Shown: positions 40,156 through 52,294, counted from the stretch's first letter. The stretch: DNA of 64,000 nucleotides from Octopus bimaculoides (GCF_001194135.2 NC_068988.1:94335719-94399718), one strand, 5' to 3'. Made by a program: numbers and translations. Notes: generated from the sequence alone by a model not told the origin.

Positions 40156-42881
40156 GTAGTAGTAGTAGTAGTAGTAGCAGATCTTATTCACATAGTTTAA
40201 AGACGCCGCTTTAGCTTCTGTCTTCAAAACAAAGCATTACTCAAGTATTGCCAAATTAATCTTCTTCGGAATAGTTGTTAAAGGAATCGTAATTGCCCTC
40301 GGAAAACCTGCATTTGATACCCGGAGATAGTAAAAAGCAAAGGATGATTGCTTCACAAACTTTAAAATTTATTTTTAAACAGTTTTTCACATCGACAAAA
40401 CACTACAATGAGTAAAAATAAAAAAAAAACAGTGACACTCACTCAAAACATACAACTAAGTGTACAAGAGAAAGGCATGAACGGTAGAAAGAACAATAAA
40501 TAGATGTAAATGTTTTAAATACTTAAATGATTTGGAACATAGTGACTGTAACAACACGAACAATTGATGTAGCGATTCTTATGCGATTCCAAGATCGTTT
40601 CTTTGAAAGCAGACTTACTTTGAATACAGAATGAACAGATTGCAGTTGTAGATTTATTTCAGTTACAAGAACAAATGTTGGCAGAACTTTGTGAAACTAA
40701 ACAGTATTTCTTAACCACAGATCATCCAACAGAGGGCCAAGAAAAAAAAAACATATACTTCTCCTTACAAAAAGACGGAAGCAGATTAAATTTCACCTCT
40801 CATCAACTAATACAATATTATCTCCTGGACGCACTGGGAGAAGTTATTTTAATTGAAAATGGCAAAAGCTATGACTCTATCTGTTGTACCTTTAAAACCG
40901 ATGAAGAACCTAATACACAGGATGAAACTGTCAGAACTGCTTCTGTACATTAGGAAATGTCTCTAGGCGCAGTATCATATATAGATGAGCCAATAATTTG
41001 TGCCCACTGATAGCGTTGAGACTGAAATACTGCTTTCCAGTAACTTTGTTGAAACATGGTTCAGAGTGACAAAAATTATCTAAGAGGACTGACCTTAGCT
41101 CTAATAATGCAGCTTCGTACTTCGCATTCAATAATCAATTGGTCGAGGAGCAGTATCGACAGAAGCGCATCGCTGTAGTGCCTTTCCTATGCACTTGTTG
41201 AAAGTTTCTAACTACGTTTCCCTCAAGTCTACTTTTCTATCGCTACCACCTAACTAAACGTAATTGATTCTACTCTATTCGCCTATTTCAGCGCAAACCA
41301 CCATTTGTTGTAGATGAATGCCTACATGAACACCTACTTAAAACAATTTTCTAATCCGGTTTCTGTAAGTGTGATGCGCTGCGAATTGCGTATAAATGCG
41401 TCCTTGCCTGTAAAAACCTATTTTGGTCGACCGTACAAATCGTAAACGTGTTATCCATGCAGCCGAATATCTTAACAATTTGACAATCTTGCCTATTCTT
41501 CTCTACCGGCTTACAGAATATTGTATCTAGGTGTGACTTGGATGACTCGGTGAAGTTTGTCCATTGTCCACATTGGTATATTCTAGAATTCCAGTCCGAA
41601 ACTGATAGACATTTGGAAGGAACTGAGCAGGTTCCCACGACTTTCGAGCTACCCTCTTTTTCAGCTACCCCCTGAACAGTCCACGTGAGCATCGATGATG
41701 ACGTCTAGTCGCCCAATTCCATTGAGAGAAATCTCCAGGTGCCGGAACGAATCCGGTTGTCCTACTCATGTTAGTGAGTGAACAGCTACCAGTCTGAATT
41801 CACCCACATTGTTACAGTTAACAAGCAAGACCACCAACTTATTTTCTGGTTGCACCTCCCATTACCAGTCGATGTTGTCATAAATATTTCCAAGTATCAA
41901 GGATTGTGGATCGGAAACTCTGGTCTCGCTAACAGCCAATATACCACACGCACTCGGACGCTCTGTTCTGATCACAGCCATGTTTTACAAGACGGAGTGA
42001 CAAAAAAGATCACTTTATTCCTATGGAGGAACAGATGTTTCGTCCCTTATGCAAGCTGTGGATAATTCCACGAGCAGTTCTTTAGATAATCTTTTGCTTA
42101 TATTTCTTCGAAAGCCTCCCACTCCTTGTGGGGTATTTTTTAAAGTGTTGTATAATTGTTTTGGAGATTTGGGTAACTTTTATATGTGGTGGAATGCCAT
42201 TAGGTAAGGTGAAATAGTTATTCTAGTATTATGGTGTTTGTGGTTCATTAGTTTTGTATTGTTTGTTTTTGTTCATGTAGGGGTCTCTGCTCTGACACTT
42301 GGTATGTATGTTCATTTCATTATGCTTGTGCTTATGATGTCGTGAAAGCGGTTTTGGTGGTGACTGGGATGTGGGCATTGATAGTGCTAGCGTAGTTGCT
42401 GTTGGGGGTGGTGTTGGCGCCATTTAACTCGCAGGCACCTCCCACATTTCTTTGTCTCCTCCCCTTTTTTCATTGGAGTATTTTCGTTTGTTTTTCTCTT
42501 TCTCTTTGCAGTTTTTGCTGTTTGCCGTTTATTGTGCTCACCGTTGCCATCTCTACATCACATGTCTCTGAGCTTTGAGTCTGGAAGGGGCGTATCTTAG
42601 GGAGGTTTATTGTATTGTTTTCTTTTTTTATTTGTTGTTGTTCGGGGATTTTCTGTTGCTGCAATAGTTGCTACCGTTTCTGATGTTGTGACCCTGGATG
42701 ACGCTGTATTTTTGTCGTTTTAGTTGCTGTTGTTTTTCCTGTTGTTGTTATTGTTGTTGATGATATTGCTGCAGATGCTGCAGATTCTGCAGTCATCTTG
42801 CTGCAGTTACTGTTACTGCTCCTTTCAGGGTTGATAATTTTCCTCTTTTTTTCGTGGATGTTGTTGTGGCCCTTGTCATAT

Positions 42882-43098
42882 ATTCTTTTCTACTCTAGGC
42901 AGAAGACCCGCAATTTTGGGGGAGGGGGCCAGTCGATTATATTGACCCCAGTTCGCAACTGGTAATTAACTTATCGACCCCGAAAGGATGAAGATAAAGT
43001 CAACCTCGGCGTAATTCGAACTCAGAACGTAAAGACAGACGAAATAGTGCCAGGCATTTACGCCCGGCGTGCTAACGTTTCTGCCAGCTCGCCGCCTT
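42882..43098 (-). mobile_element. SINE family A, full length, young
   Basis: Near-perfect reverse complement of the reference copy. Confidence 0.93.
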
Positions 43099-43113
43099 AT
43101 GTACGTCAATGAT

Positions 43114-43331
43114 AATCCTTTCTGCTGGAAGCACAAGGCCTCAAGTTTGGAGCAAGGGACTAAGTCGATTACATCGACTCCTCAGCGTAACTGGTGCTTA
43201 ATTTATCGAATCCGAAAGGATGAAGTGCAAAATCGACCTCGGCGGAATTCGAACTCAGCACGTAAAGACAGACGAAATACCGCCAAGCATTTACGCCCGG
43301 TGTGCTAACCTTTCTGCCAGCTCACTGCCTT
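43114..43331 (-). mobile_element. SINE family A, full length (second member of tandem dimer)
   Basis: Head to tail with 42882-43098; 15-bp spacer. Confidence 0.92.
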
Positions 43332-44259
43332 GCCCTTACCATATACTATATACGTTTATGCATTTGAAACTTTATAAATTCCATGAGCCTGCTAGCGTAT
43401 ATTGTTAATAAATTCTTTATCCATTATTCTCGATCTCGTTTACAGATTTCCTTTCCTACTCATTATACTTCATTACGCCGTTGTCATTTTTATTCCAGAT
43501 ATCTTCTCAGAATGATTCAGTTCTTGTGTTGCATTTTCTTGTCTTTTGTTGTTCAAAGGCCAATAGAAATTTCAAAATACTTTGTGCACATGGAAGAAAC
43601 CTTTGCATTTATCATTTCCAAGTATTTTTTCTTCATATTTTGCTTTTGGTGTTTGTTTTATTTCTTTATTGTAATACTAACCATTTTCTCGTCTACTTCG
43701 TTGTTTAACGATAAATGTTTTCCCCTTTTAACGATTTTTTATTCTGTATTTTCTTTCTTCTGTTGGTTCGGTACAGGGACCAACTTAATTACGGTTGCAC
43801 TGGTTTCTTTCGATACCGCAATGGCTTGTGAGTAAATTAGTTTATTTCAGCATATTGATGTTTGAGCTTTGCTTCTGTGAAAAGAATTCATTGGAAAGCC
43901 TGCTCCCACTTGACAATTGTTCCCGGAGGACTTTTTGTTAATTCATAGCTTGAGGAGTTGTTTCCCTTGATTCGTTTCCATTGATTTTGTCAACGCCGTT
44001 GCATCAAAATTCTGAAATATTTTCCTTAGATTCTTATAATTCTTCACTATTTCTTGTACTGCGATGTTTGTTACGATACTGTTTATTATGTTTGTATATG
44101 TCACGTGTGTAACTTTTTTTGTTACTTGAGCATAAGAATAGTTGTTTTTAAGGATTTTATATGGTAACTATCCCTCTTTAGGATTTTCATTATATTCTTT
44201 TTGTTTTTATCTTTTCTTTTTTTTTTTGTCATGGGAATTTCTCTTTTCATATGTCATAT

Positions 44260-44460
44260 GATCGATCGGGTACCGGACAAGGATACTGAATTATTTTTCT
44301 GTTTTTTTTTTACTTAATTTTTAAGAGCGGTCGGGTTCATTTTTAGTATTTTCGTTTGTGAGTTTATTTCAGATATTCTTATTGTAAAAATAATCTCCGG
44401 CTAATCGTTGAGAGGACGTTGGTGTTGCCTTGGCGGAGGTTTGTGCTCTCTGAGTGCCCT
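44260..44460 (+). mobile_element. 3' half of a probable Helentron-associated (HINE-like) rolling-circle element
   Basis: Ends TTGCCTTGGCGGAGGTTTGTGCTCTCTGAGTGC: subterminal motif CTTGGCGGAGG (44429-44439) followed by a short hairpin GTGCTC-TCT-GAGTGC (44443-44457). The matching 5' subTIR is absent. Confidence 0.55.
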
Positions 44461-45084
44461 TCCTCAAAATGTATTCAGAAAGAATTTTTCTATTCCTCAC
44501 GCCATCAGTACATTTGTTGATCATTATAGGTCTTAAAACACCCAATAATATATTCGAGTTTAATTATTGTCTAAAATATCCGTTTTATCGTTTCCATATT
44601 TCATAATTTTGTTTTATGGCGACGGTGTGTGTCAGAGACTACGCCCTGCAGTTAGTATGTATTACGCCACACTGTTGCCCTTTTTAGCGTTCCTTTCTGC
44701 TAGCTTTCGTTTATTTCTTTGACCCTCACAAGGAAAAAGCTGCTCTTTTAAATTCGGGGTTTATATTTTGCAATGATGCTACTTCGATATTTTTTTATTC
44801 CTGTTTGTATTGAAAGCATCACTTTTCTTTATCTTTTTGTTTCTTTGTATGTCATATCCTTGTTTGTCGTGATAACATGATTTATTGTAAAGAGGGTTTT
44901 CGTTCATAATCACATTCCATTAATCGTCATATATTACTGGTACTTACTGTGGAGTTTGCCTGGTATCATTATGCCTTTGTTTTGACATTTTTTTTTATTT
45001 CTTGCCTTTTAACTATTATATTCCGCCATCTATATTTTTAGTCAGTCGCGATTTCTCTTCTCTGCCCGAAATTATTATTATTCT

Positions 45085-45260
45085 GATTAATATCGGACGT
45101 TGGCCGAATCAGCAGATCACCGGACAAAATGCAGTAAGGTGTGTTTATGTCCCGAGTTCAAATATCGACACGTCGACTTCACTTTTTCTCCATCATGAAT
45201 CGATAATGTGATAAATTCCTGGTAGTTATTTCGGCAAAAGGAATCGAGTACCCCCGCACT
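45085..45260 (+). mobile_element. SINE family A, highly degraded
   Basis: CCGAGTTCAAATATCGACACGTCGACTTCAC remnant. Confidence 0.5.
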
Positions 45261-45350
45261 CCCCCCCCTCTACCAATTGTGACAAATCATTATTGCTGCT
45301 ACTGCAATTGCTGTTGCTGCAGTTTTTGTTGCTGCTGATGCTATTGCTTG

Positions 45351-45420
45351 CAGGGCCGGATTAACACCCATAGAGACCTTAAGCACTTAAAAGGTTTTGG
45401 TGCCCTGAAGTATACGTAAA
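45351..45420 (+). mobile_element. Possible hAT-like terminus
   Basis: CAGGGCCGGATTAA start motif typical of hAT TIRs; no partner end was found. Confidence 0.3.
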
Positions 45421-47053
45421 TGGTTCAAAATGTAAACAACAATAATAAACTATAAAACAAATTGTTAGTTTTCAAAATAAAACATAATTCACAGTAAGAT
45501 GGAAAATAATGTTTATTTTTGTATGCCTCCACTTTATTTATATTTGAAACGTTTTCTCCTCCGTCAATTGTATATATACACACACATATACATATATGCA
45601 TACATGTATGTATATACGAATGTATGTACTTATGTATTTATGAGCATATAGATTTATATGTGTGTGTATACGTGTGTGCAAGGCTATACGTGCTAGTTTG
45701 TACTTACCAAATTTAAGGAGGTAGAGTGTGGTTTGAGGCAAATTTATATCCAAAATATCTAACAAACTGAGCATTCATGCTGTGGCCATCTTTCATTGGC
45801 CCGAATGGAATCTCCTTGTTATTGTGCACTTTCAGATAAATTATGATTACACAAATATTCTATTATGCTAAGTGTACTATTTATTGTAGCAATTCCTTCG
45901 AATGTATATCAGGATTTATATTCTTCAATATAACCATCATGAGAAGCGACTGGGCTGTGATTTGAAAGAGACTTTGACTGCTATACCCAGCAGGATGAGT
46001 GAACATGCGTCAAATTCCCGCTGAAGAAAATTGTCTTTCATCAATTCGTTCTCTTTTCCTCCCTTCGTAAGTCCCCGTCTATTACACACTTTCCATTACA
46101 TACATTCAGAGAAGGTGGCAGAACTAACAGGATAGATAGCTCGTTATTCATCGAAGTGTTTGCTTTTAGAAGTGGTGTAAATGTTGATTTACTGAGATGT
46201 TTAGGTGATAGAATAAATGAAGTACCACCAATTCCTGTAGTCGATTTATTCTAGGGAACTCCCCCCCCACCCATCATGTCTAGCCACGTGGCTGCGTTAG
46301 AAACCATTATGATCGATATTACTTTTGGTTTGTTAATATTTTTTAAAGGAAATATTCTACATGCTGAGGCAATATTAAATCCATGTTAGCTCCACCGATT
46401 CACTGGTGACAGACTTCTCTTAATGTATTTTTCCCAGAAACCCAAAACATTCATATAGTGTTCTACCTCTTCCTTCACAACTGTAAACTATTCCACTGAT
46501 TTGAAAAGTATCAAGAGAATAATGAGAAAAATCGATAACTTCATGCCATTGCATAAACAGTCAGCGATTTCTTAAAGTGCTTTAAACTACACTGAAACAT
46601 AATATTCTAAGAAATATGTTATTTTAAGTCTCGCTGCAAATATTGAGTTATTTAACAAGACAATAAGACAAAGTATATATTAGTAATTTATGTTGTGATA
46701 TTCTTTAACTCTAGTTGAATATACCTATCACGAAAGATGTTCTAGACAAAAGGGGATGACTTGAAGTAGATGTGGCTGCTCTTTCCAGCAAGAAGGCCGG
46801 TCGCTCATACTTTCCAACTAGAGAAAATGGTAAGTACATACGCATATACAGTTCCCAATATCTTGAACGGCATGAAAGAAAGAAATGTACACCCAAGTAA
46901 GAATCGAAACTGCTTCGTGTGACTTAATTCTGCTGACGAAATAAGTTTCCTCAACACTACACAGATTGTAATTGAATATTCTTTTAGGTTGTATTCAAAT
47001 GACTTAGTCTCCTACATCCTTAAATAATAATAAAAACAATTTTGTTCTTTAGA

Positions 47054-47196
47054 AAAGCAGCGAGCTGGCAGTATCGTTAGCACGCCGGGCGAAATGCTTT
47101 GCGCTATTTCGTCTGTCTTTACGTTCTGAGTTCAAATTCCGCCGAGGTCGACTTTGCCTTTCATCCTCTCGGGGGCGATAAATTAAGTACCAGTTA
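47054..47196 (+). mobile_element. SINE family A, 3'-truncated
   Basis: Well-conserved head and core; stops at GTACCAGTTA. Confidence 0.9.
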
Positions 47197-47199
47197 CAC

Positions 47200-47684
47200 A
47201 CATTGTTCTGTCTTGGTATGAAAGATGTGCTACAGCAAATATTCTGGTCAATACGACAGACTTGCGTGTCAATTGTTTGGACTTAACTAATTGAACGTGT
47301 TCCTTAGTGGCCGACGATATGTGCATCTCTGATCAGGAGCAGGAGTAGTGGTGGAGCATCATAGCCATGTGTTGAGGGGTATTCTTTGGATTTTGGATAA
47401 TTCGCCTCTGGAAATATAGGTGTTTCGCTGAACTTCTTTAAACAACCCTTATTTGGGGATCTTTTGAGCAGGATGGGCAACTCGACCTAAAGAAAATTCT
47501 ATCGGACCCCACCTGCAGGATCATGCGTTGTTTATGTTGATATGAGATCACTATATCGCACACATATGGTTGTGATGCATGTGCCTGGTGCACCCTTATC
47601 AGACGAGTAGTCATGATGGGTATACTGGGCTTCGTATAGTTTACACCAGCGTCACTGTAATGGCATGAGCTGCTCTCTCACTCA
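47200..47684 (+). mobile_element. (AAT)n-anchored interspersed repeat (longer copy of 27678-27923)
   Basis: Its 3' 260 bp are the reverse complement of 27678-27923; ends CTCTCTCACTC + (AAT)n. Confidence 0.7.
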
Positions 47685-47702
47685 ATAATAATGATGATGA
47701 TG

Positions 47703-47761
<59 letters not shown>

Positions 47762-48210
47762 GAGGAGGAGGAGAAGGAGGCGGAGATAGCCAAATTTGTG
47801 AGTCACAAATATAATTGAATGTTGGTAACTAGGTGATAGGAAGACAATACGATTTTAGAAGTGCAATATTTTACAAATGTTTCAATCTTATGAAACCTCT
47901 TCAAGTCATATACACTCGTGCTTTAAAAGAGAAGCACACATTTCTTCCTGTAATTATTGATACACTTAGCCTTAAAAAATTGTTGTTTAAAATACTTTCG
48001 ATAATGCTAAGTGTCTTTGCCTGGATTTTCCACAGCGTTACGTTCGTGGCCCATAAGGCTCGTCTGGTTCATATACTTTGCAACACATCTCTCATTCTCT
48101 TTACATTCTTTAGAAACTCCTTTGGAACATAAAATAATGCATTTTAAATTGTTAATTCTCACTGTCATTCTGCATGCAAATACATTCGATAATCGTAATA
48201 TTGCTCCGCA

Positions 48211-48273
<63 letters not shown>

Positions 48274-48402
48274 ATGGTGATTGTGGTGGTGGTGGTGGTG
48301 GTGGTGGTGGTGGTGGTATTAATCATTGTTGTTGCTGTTGATGTTGTTGTAATTACTCTGTGAAGACAAAAAAAATCTGCATCTCTGAGAATTAATCTAT
48401 CT

Positions 48403-48548
48403 NNNNNNNNNNNNNNNNNNNNNNNNNNNNNNNNNNNNNNNNNNNNNNNNNNNNNNNNNNNNNNNNNNNNNNNNNNNNNNNNNNNNNNNNNNNNNNNNNN
48501 NNNNNNNNNNNNNNNNNNNNNNNNNNNNNNNNNNNNNNNNNNNNNNNN
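48403..48548. other. Assembly gap
   Basis: Ns. Confidence 0.97.
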
Positions 48549-48591
48549 GTGTGTGTGTGTGTGAATAGTTATATTGTATGTATGCTTATAT

Positions 48592-48768
48592 ATAGTTCTA
48601 TATTTAAAAGATGAGGAATTATGTACATTATTTACATTTGACGGATATTTGTCCTCATCTTGTTTGTTGTTAACACAACGTTTCGGCTGATATACCCTCC
48701 AGCCTTCATCAGGTGTCTTGGGGAAATTTCGAACCTGGGTTCTCATTCCTAAGGTATTTTTCGATGTA

Positions 48769-48818
<50 letters not shown>
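48592..48818 (-). mobile_element. Penelope-type terminal repeat (family i), left arm of foldback
   Basis: 48624-48818 is the reverse complement of 48901-49077; carries a hammerhead motif. Confidence 0.85.
48672..48719 (-). ncRNA. Minimal type-I hammerhead ribozyme motif, intact
   Basis: Minus strand: AAGACAC-CTGATGA-A-GGCTG(gagggtatat)CAGCC-GAAAC-GTT^GTGTT. Stem I GACAC/GTGTT, 5-bp stem II, palindromic ACGT in place of stem III. Confidence 0.8.
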
Positions 48819-48827
48819 TATGCCCAC

Positions 48828-48898
48828 GAGCATATGGTGTAGTGGTTAAGAGCGCGGGCTACTAACCCCAAGATTCTGGGTTCGATTCCAGGCAATGA

Positions 48899-48932
<34 letters not shown>

Positions 48933-49077
48933 TACATCGAAAAATACCTTAGGAATTAGAACCCAGGTTCGAAATTTCCCCAGGACATCTGATAAAGGCT
49001 GGAGGGTATATCAGCCGAAAAGTTGTGTTAACAACAAACAAGATGAGGACAAATATCCGTCAAATGCAAATAATGTA
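48828..49077 (+). mobile_element. tRNA-headed SINE-like element with (AAT)n linker and Penelope-type tail
   Basis: A-box TGGTGTAGTGG at 48835-48845, B-box GGTTCGATTCC at 48879-48889, (AAT)n at 48903-48932, then the family-i tail with a mutated hammerhead (CTGATAA, GAAAAGTT) at 48982-49029. Confidence 0.78.
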
Positions 49078-52054
49078 AATAAAGTATGCTTATATATTTG
49101 CGAAGTTTACATGTTTGTATTGTCTATATAAATTCGGAGTAAATGCAAATTTGGCTGAGTTTTGTCAGGAACTTCAGCATAGTGTTAGTAAAGTTCTACA
49201 AAAGAATTTACTCTTCAAACAGTTGTCAAAAATCTTTATTTTAGATTAGTATTTCTGTTGAACATTCCATGTCAGAGCAACTGTGCTACTTGTCTATCTT
49301 TTACATGGGTTTGATTTAACTAGACATTATGAGATGTTCAACGTTAGTTATCTGACTATCACAGAATATTTCACAACCTCAGACCAAATCAAACAAGATT
49401 GTATCCATCACTTAACTTGGATTTTGTATTCTTCTCATGAAAAAGCACAATCCTAACATATTTTCCCCGAGGTTATAACAACAGTTTATATCACGCAGCT
49501 TATTAATTCAGACGCATTTTTCTGCTTAGTATTTATTTTTCTTTGCTGACTTTGTTATATATTTGGTGGGGGGGAGTTGTTTTTGTTTGTTTCTTTGCTT
49601 TGTAATATGCCAGCTACTCTTTAGTAATTTGTCAAATATTTTTTTGTCGTTGTTGTTTTAGTAGTAGTTGATTAAATAAACGCAAAAGTATCACTGACTT
49701 ATATCGAAGCCGTTCAAATCGTTTTCCGAATAAGGACATTTCGTGTATTGCTTCAATGTATAGTGACAGTGCTAGTGATATGACTAGAAATCTCCACTGT
49801 CGAAAATTTGCACTTCAGGTGACAGTAACATACGTGTGTGTATATGTGTGTTTGGGGAAACATATTTATCGTGAAGGTATGTATCTCAATGCAATTTGAC
49901 ACTTCCTCTAACGCACTACCAATTCATCGAAACCAGTGCCCTCTTAATTTAGGATGTATTATAATATATTTAAAATAGTACCAATTATCAACCCAACAAT
50001 TAATAACGCGGTATGTTATAAGTACATATAAAATTATAGATTTTTTGCATCAGTGACATAAAACTTCCTTTACGCCTCATTTAGATAATACGATTCACAG
50101 AACGAAAATTAAATCTTTTAGCAGATGACACAGCGCCGGTGACAAAATGTGATATCGAACCTGTAAACAGATTTAAACACTAATGTTTGATTCAACTGTC
50201 ACTTTTCGTTAGCGAATCTACTATTTCTATTGTTGTTATTGATACTGCAACTACTATTATGTGTTTGCTTCCACTACCACTCCTCTTTAACTCAATCATT
50301 GTGGCAATGTTGTAACTCTCATTATTATAAACATTACATAGTTCTGCTGGTTGATGAAACTGTAACCGCCATTGTAATTTCTCTCTCATTTAAATACAAC
50401 AAACACCACAACTGTATCTTCTGCTAAAATTGCGTGACACAACGTGTTATTTCTTTAAATATAGCCATTGTTGTAACTGCTACTGTACATGTGCATGTGC
50501 GTGTATGTGTGTGTGAACCTGCTACTGCCACTCTTGCAGGAAAGCTTACATGCAGCATGAATACAGCGAACATTGCCGCTGCCGTTTACACTAACAAATC
50601 ATGGTGGAGTTATTTGTTGATATCGCTGCAGCCGCTACTACACAATTGCTTCAACAGCCATGACTAGATTCTTCTGTAACTACTACTATAACTTTAATAA
50701 CTCTAATAGAGGAACACTATTGTCTCTTTCAATGCTAACAATGACTGTGACAGCTTATTTCTGTCCGATTTTACAACTATAGATTCTACTGTATCTGTGT
50801 CTGCGTCTTAGAATTCTGCATGAAAATATAAACAATTATAAATACACAAATCACGCGGCGCGCTGCTGAATTCTCACGAATTTAAGTAATGTAGTCACCT
50901 TGTTATTGCTGCCTATCTCTGATTAGTTTTTCAGTAAACTTAAACAGAATTTAGTATGGGATCCCATAGCACGCAGCTCTGGCCCCAAAAGATGTCCTGT
51001 ATTTAACTTAAGGTAAAAGTTCACCTTGTGGTGATATTTAAGTAGAAAGTATTCTAGTGAAGTTTTTCGCTGATCTTCCGAAACAAAATCTGAGAGTTCC
51101 AAAGCCAAAACAAAAGCAAAAAAAAGTTTTGTTTCATACCTGATATTGATAAAGTTACAAGATTGCCTAAAATACTCTTATTTGTTGTTTTATGTTTGTT
51201 TGTTTATACGATTCGAGATCCCATCATCGATATTATGAACATTTAGTGATCCTCCCAATTTTAAGATTTCTTGGAGAAATTACACCAGATCAAATTCTAG
51301 TAGCTAACATTTGTACCGAGACAGGACTTAAATTCAGCTTTTGCATGTTGATGAAATATTTCTCAAAGTATACAGTGGTTCCAAGGAATACACTTGGAAA
51401 GGAGTTAGAGCCACTGAAGATTCATCTGTGAATTTAGCATCTCAGATAATTTGACCTGACATTGGTTGGTATTTCGTAATCTGTCATGGCGTCACGATGA
51501 GTCCTTCACGAAGATATTTACATCTCAATAATTTTTTCTTAATTTTTCTATTGTGTTCCAAACACGCAAAATGTATTTTTCGCTGTGACAGCATTATTCT
51601 TGTACAATTTTGTTTTCTTTGCCCAAAACATTAACCTTTTTCTACTGTATATAGTCTTTGTCACAACACTGCCGCCATGTAATTTTCTTCTCTCTAATCA
51701 AACCAAAGTTTGAAGAAAATAGATTCTACTACAATTGTGCCCAGCTGTGTCTTTGTATTTACAAAGCATTTATCTGGTTATGGGGCATTGATAGATTGTT
51801 TCACTGAATAGGAATTTATTAGTTATACTGGTATGTACGCTTTTGCATGAAACGAGGCAGGATTAATTGAAAACATAGACATATATATATATAATAAATC
51901 TCTGAGCGAGGTATAAACAGTAGCCGCACGACATCGTGAAGTATATTTGCCACCTAAACGTGGCTAACCCTTAAGGGTTGATGCTACTGTTGCTTGTAGC
52001 CCCATGAAGACATTTCCTCCAGCTGGCGTTCCCATCTCCAGCCTGACGTGACAT

Positions 52055-52167
52055 NNNNNNNNNNNNNNNNNNNNNNNNNNNNNNNNNNNNNNNNNNNNNN
52101 NNNNNNNNNNNNNNNNNNNNNNNNNNNNNNNNNNNNNNNNNNNNNNNNNNNNNNNNNNNNNNNNNNN
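52055..52167. other. Assembly gap
   Basis: Ns. Confidence 0.99.
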
Positions 52168-52200
<33 letters not shown>

Positions 52201-52294
52201 ATGTATATAGATAGATAGATAGATTGATAGATAGATATACATATATATATACATATGTATATGTATGTATACATATTTATATATATGTATGCGT

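Larger units (their letters stand above)
40950..44250 (-). pseudogene. L1-Tx1-clade LINE relic (ORF1 region plus APE endonuclease), interrupted by two SINEs
   Basis: Minus strand 41950-41400 reads CGILAVSETR..FRLVAVHS..DVIIDAHVDC..PMWT/WTN..SKSHLDTIFC..MDNTF, matching APE motifs of Tx1-like ORF2. The A-rich low-complexity sequence upstream (42200-44250) fits ORF1 but is less certain. Confidence 0.65.

Noticed and set aside
40675-40953. 92-aa ORF as a host or transposase gene
   Set aside because: No motif recognised; it lies at the decayed edge of the Tx1 relic on the opposite strand.
43383-43835. Hydrophobic 150-aa ORF as a membrane protein
   Set aside because: It is the T-rich antisense of the A-rich presumed LINE ORF1 region.
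44500-45010. Penelope GIY-YIG or gag zinc-knuckle remnant on the minus strand
   Set aside because: Only vague Cys/His spacing and no diagnostic motif.
48828-48900. Functional tRNA gene
   Set aside because: A and B boxes are present, but there is no acceptor-stem pairing, the T stem is imperfect and the anticodon stem has only 3 bp. It is a SINE head, as are the other tRNA-like heads.
51900-52054. 5' UTR of an RTE LINE with an HDV-like ribozyme
   Set aside because: Cut by a gap, and I could not build the HDV double pseudoknot by eye.
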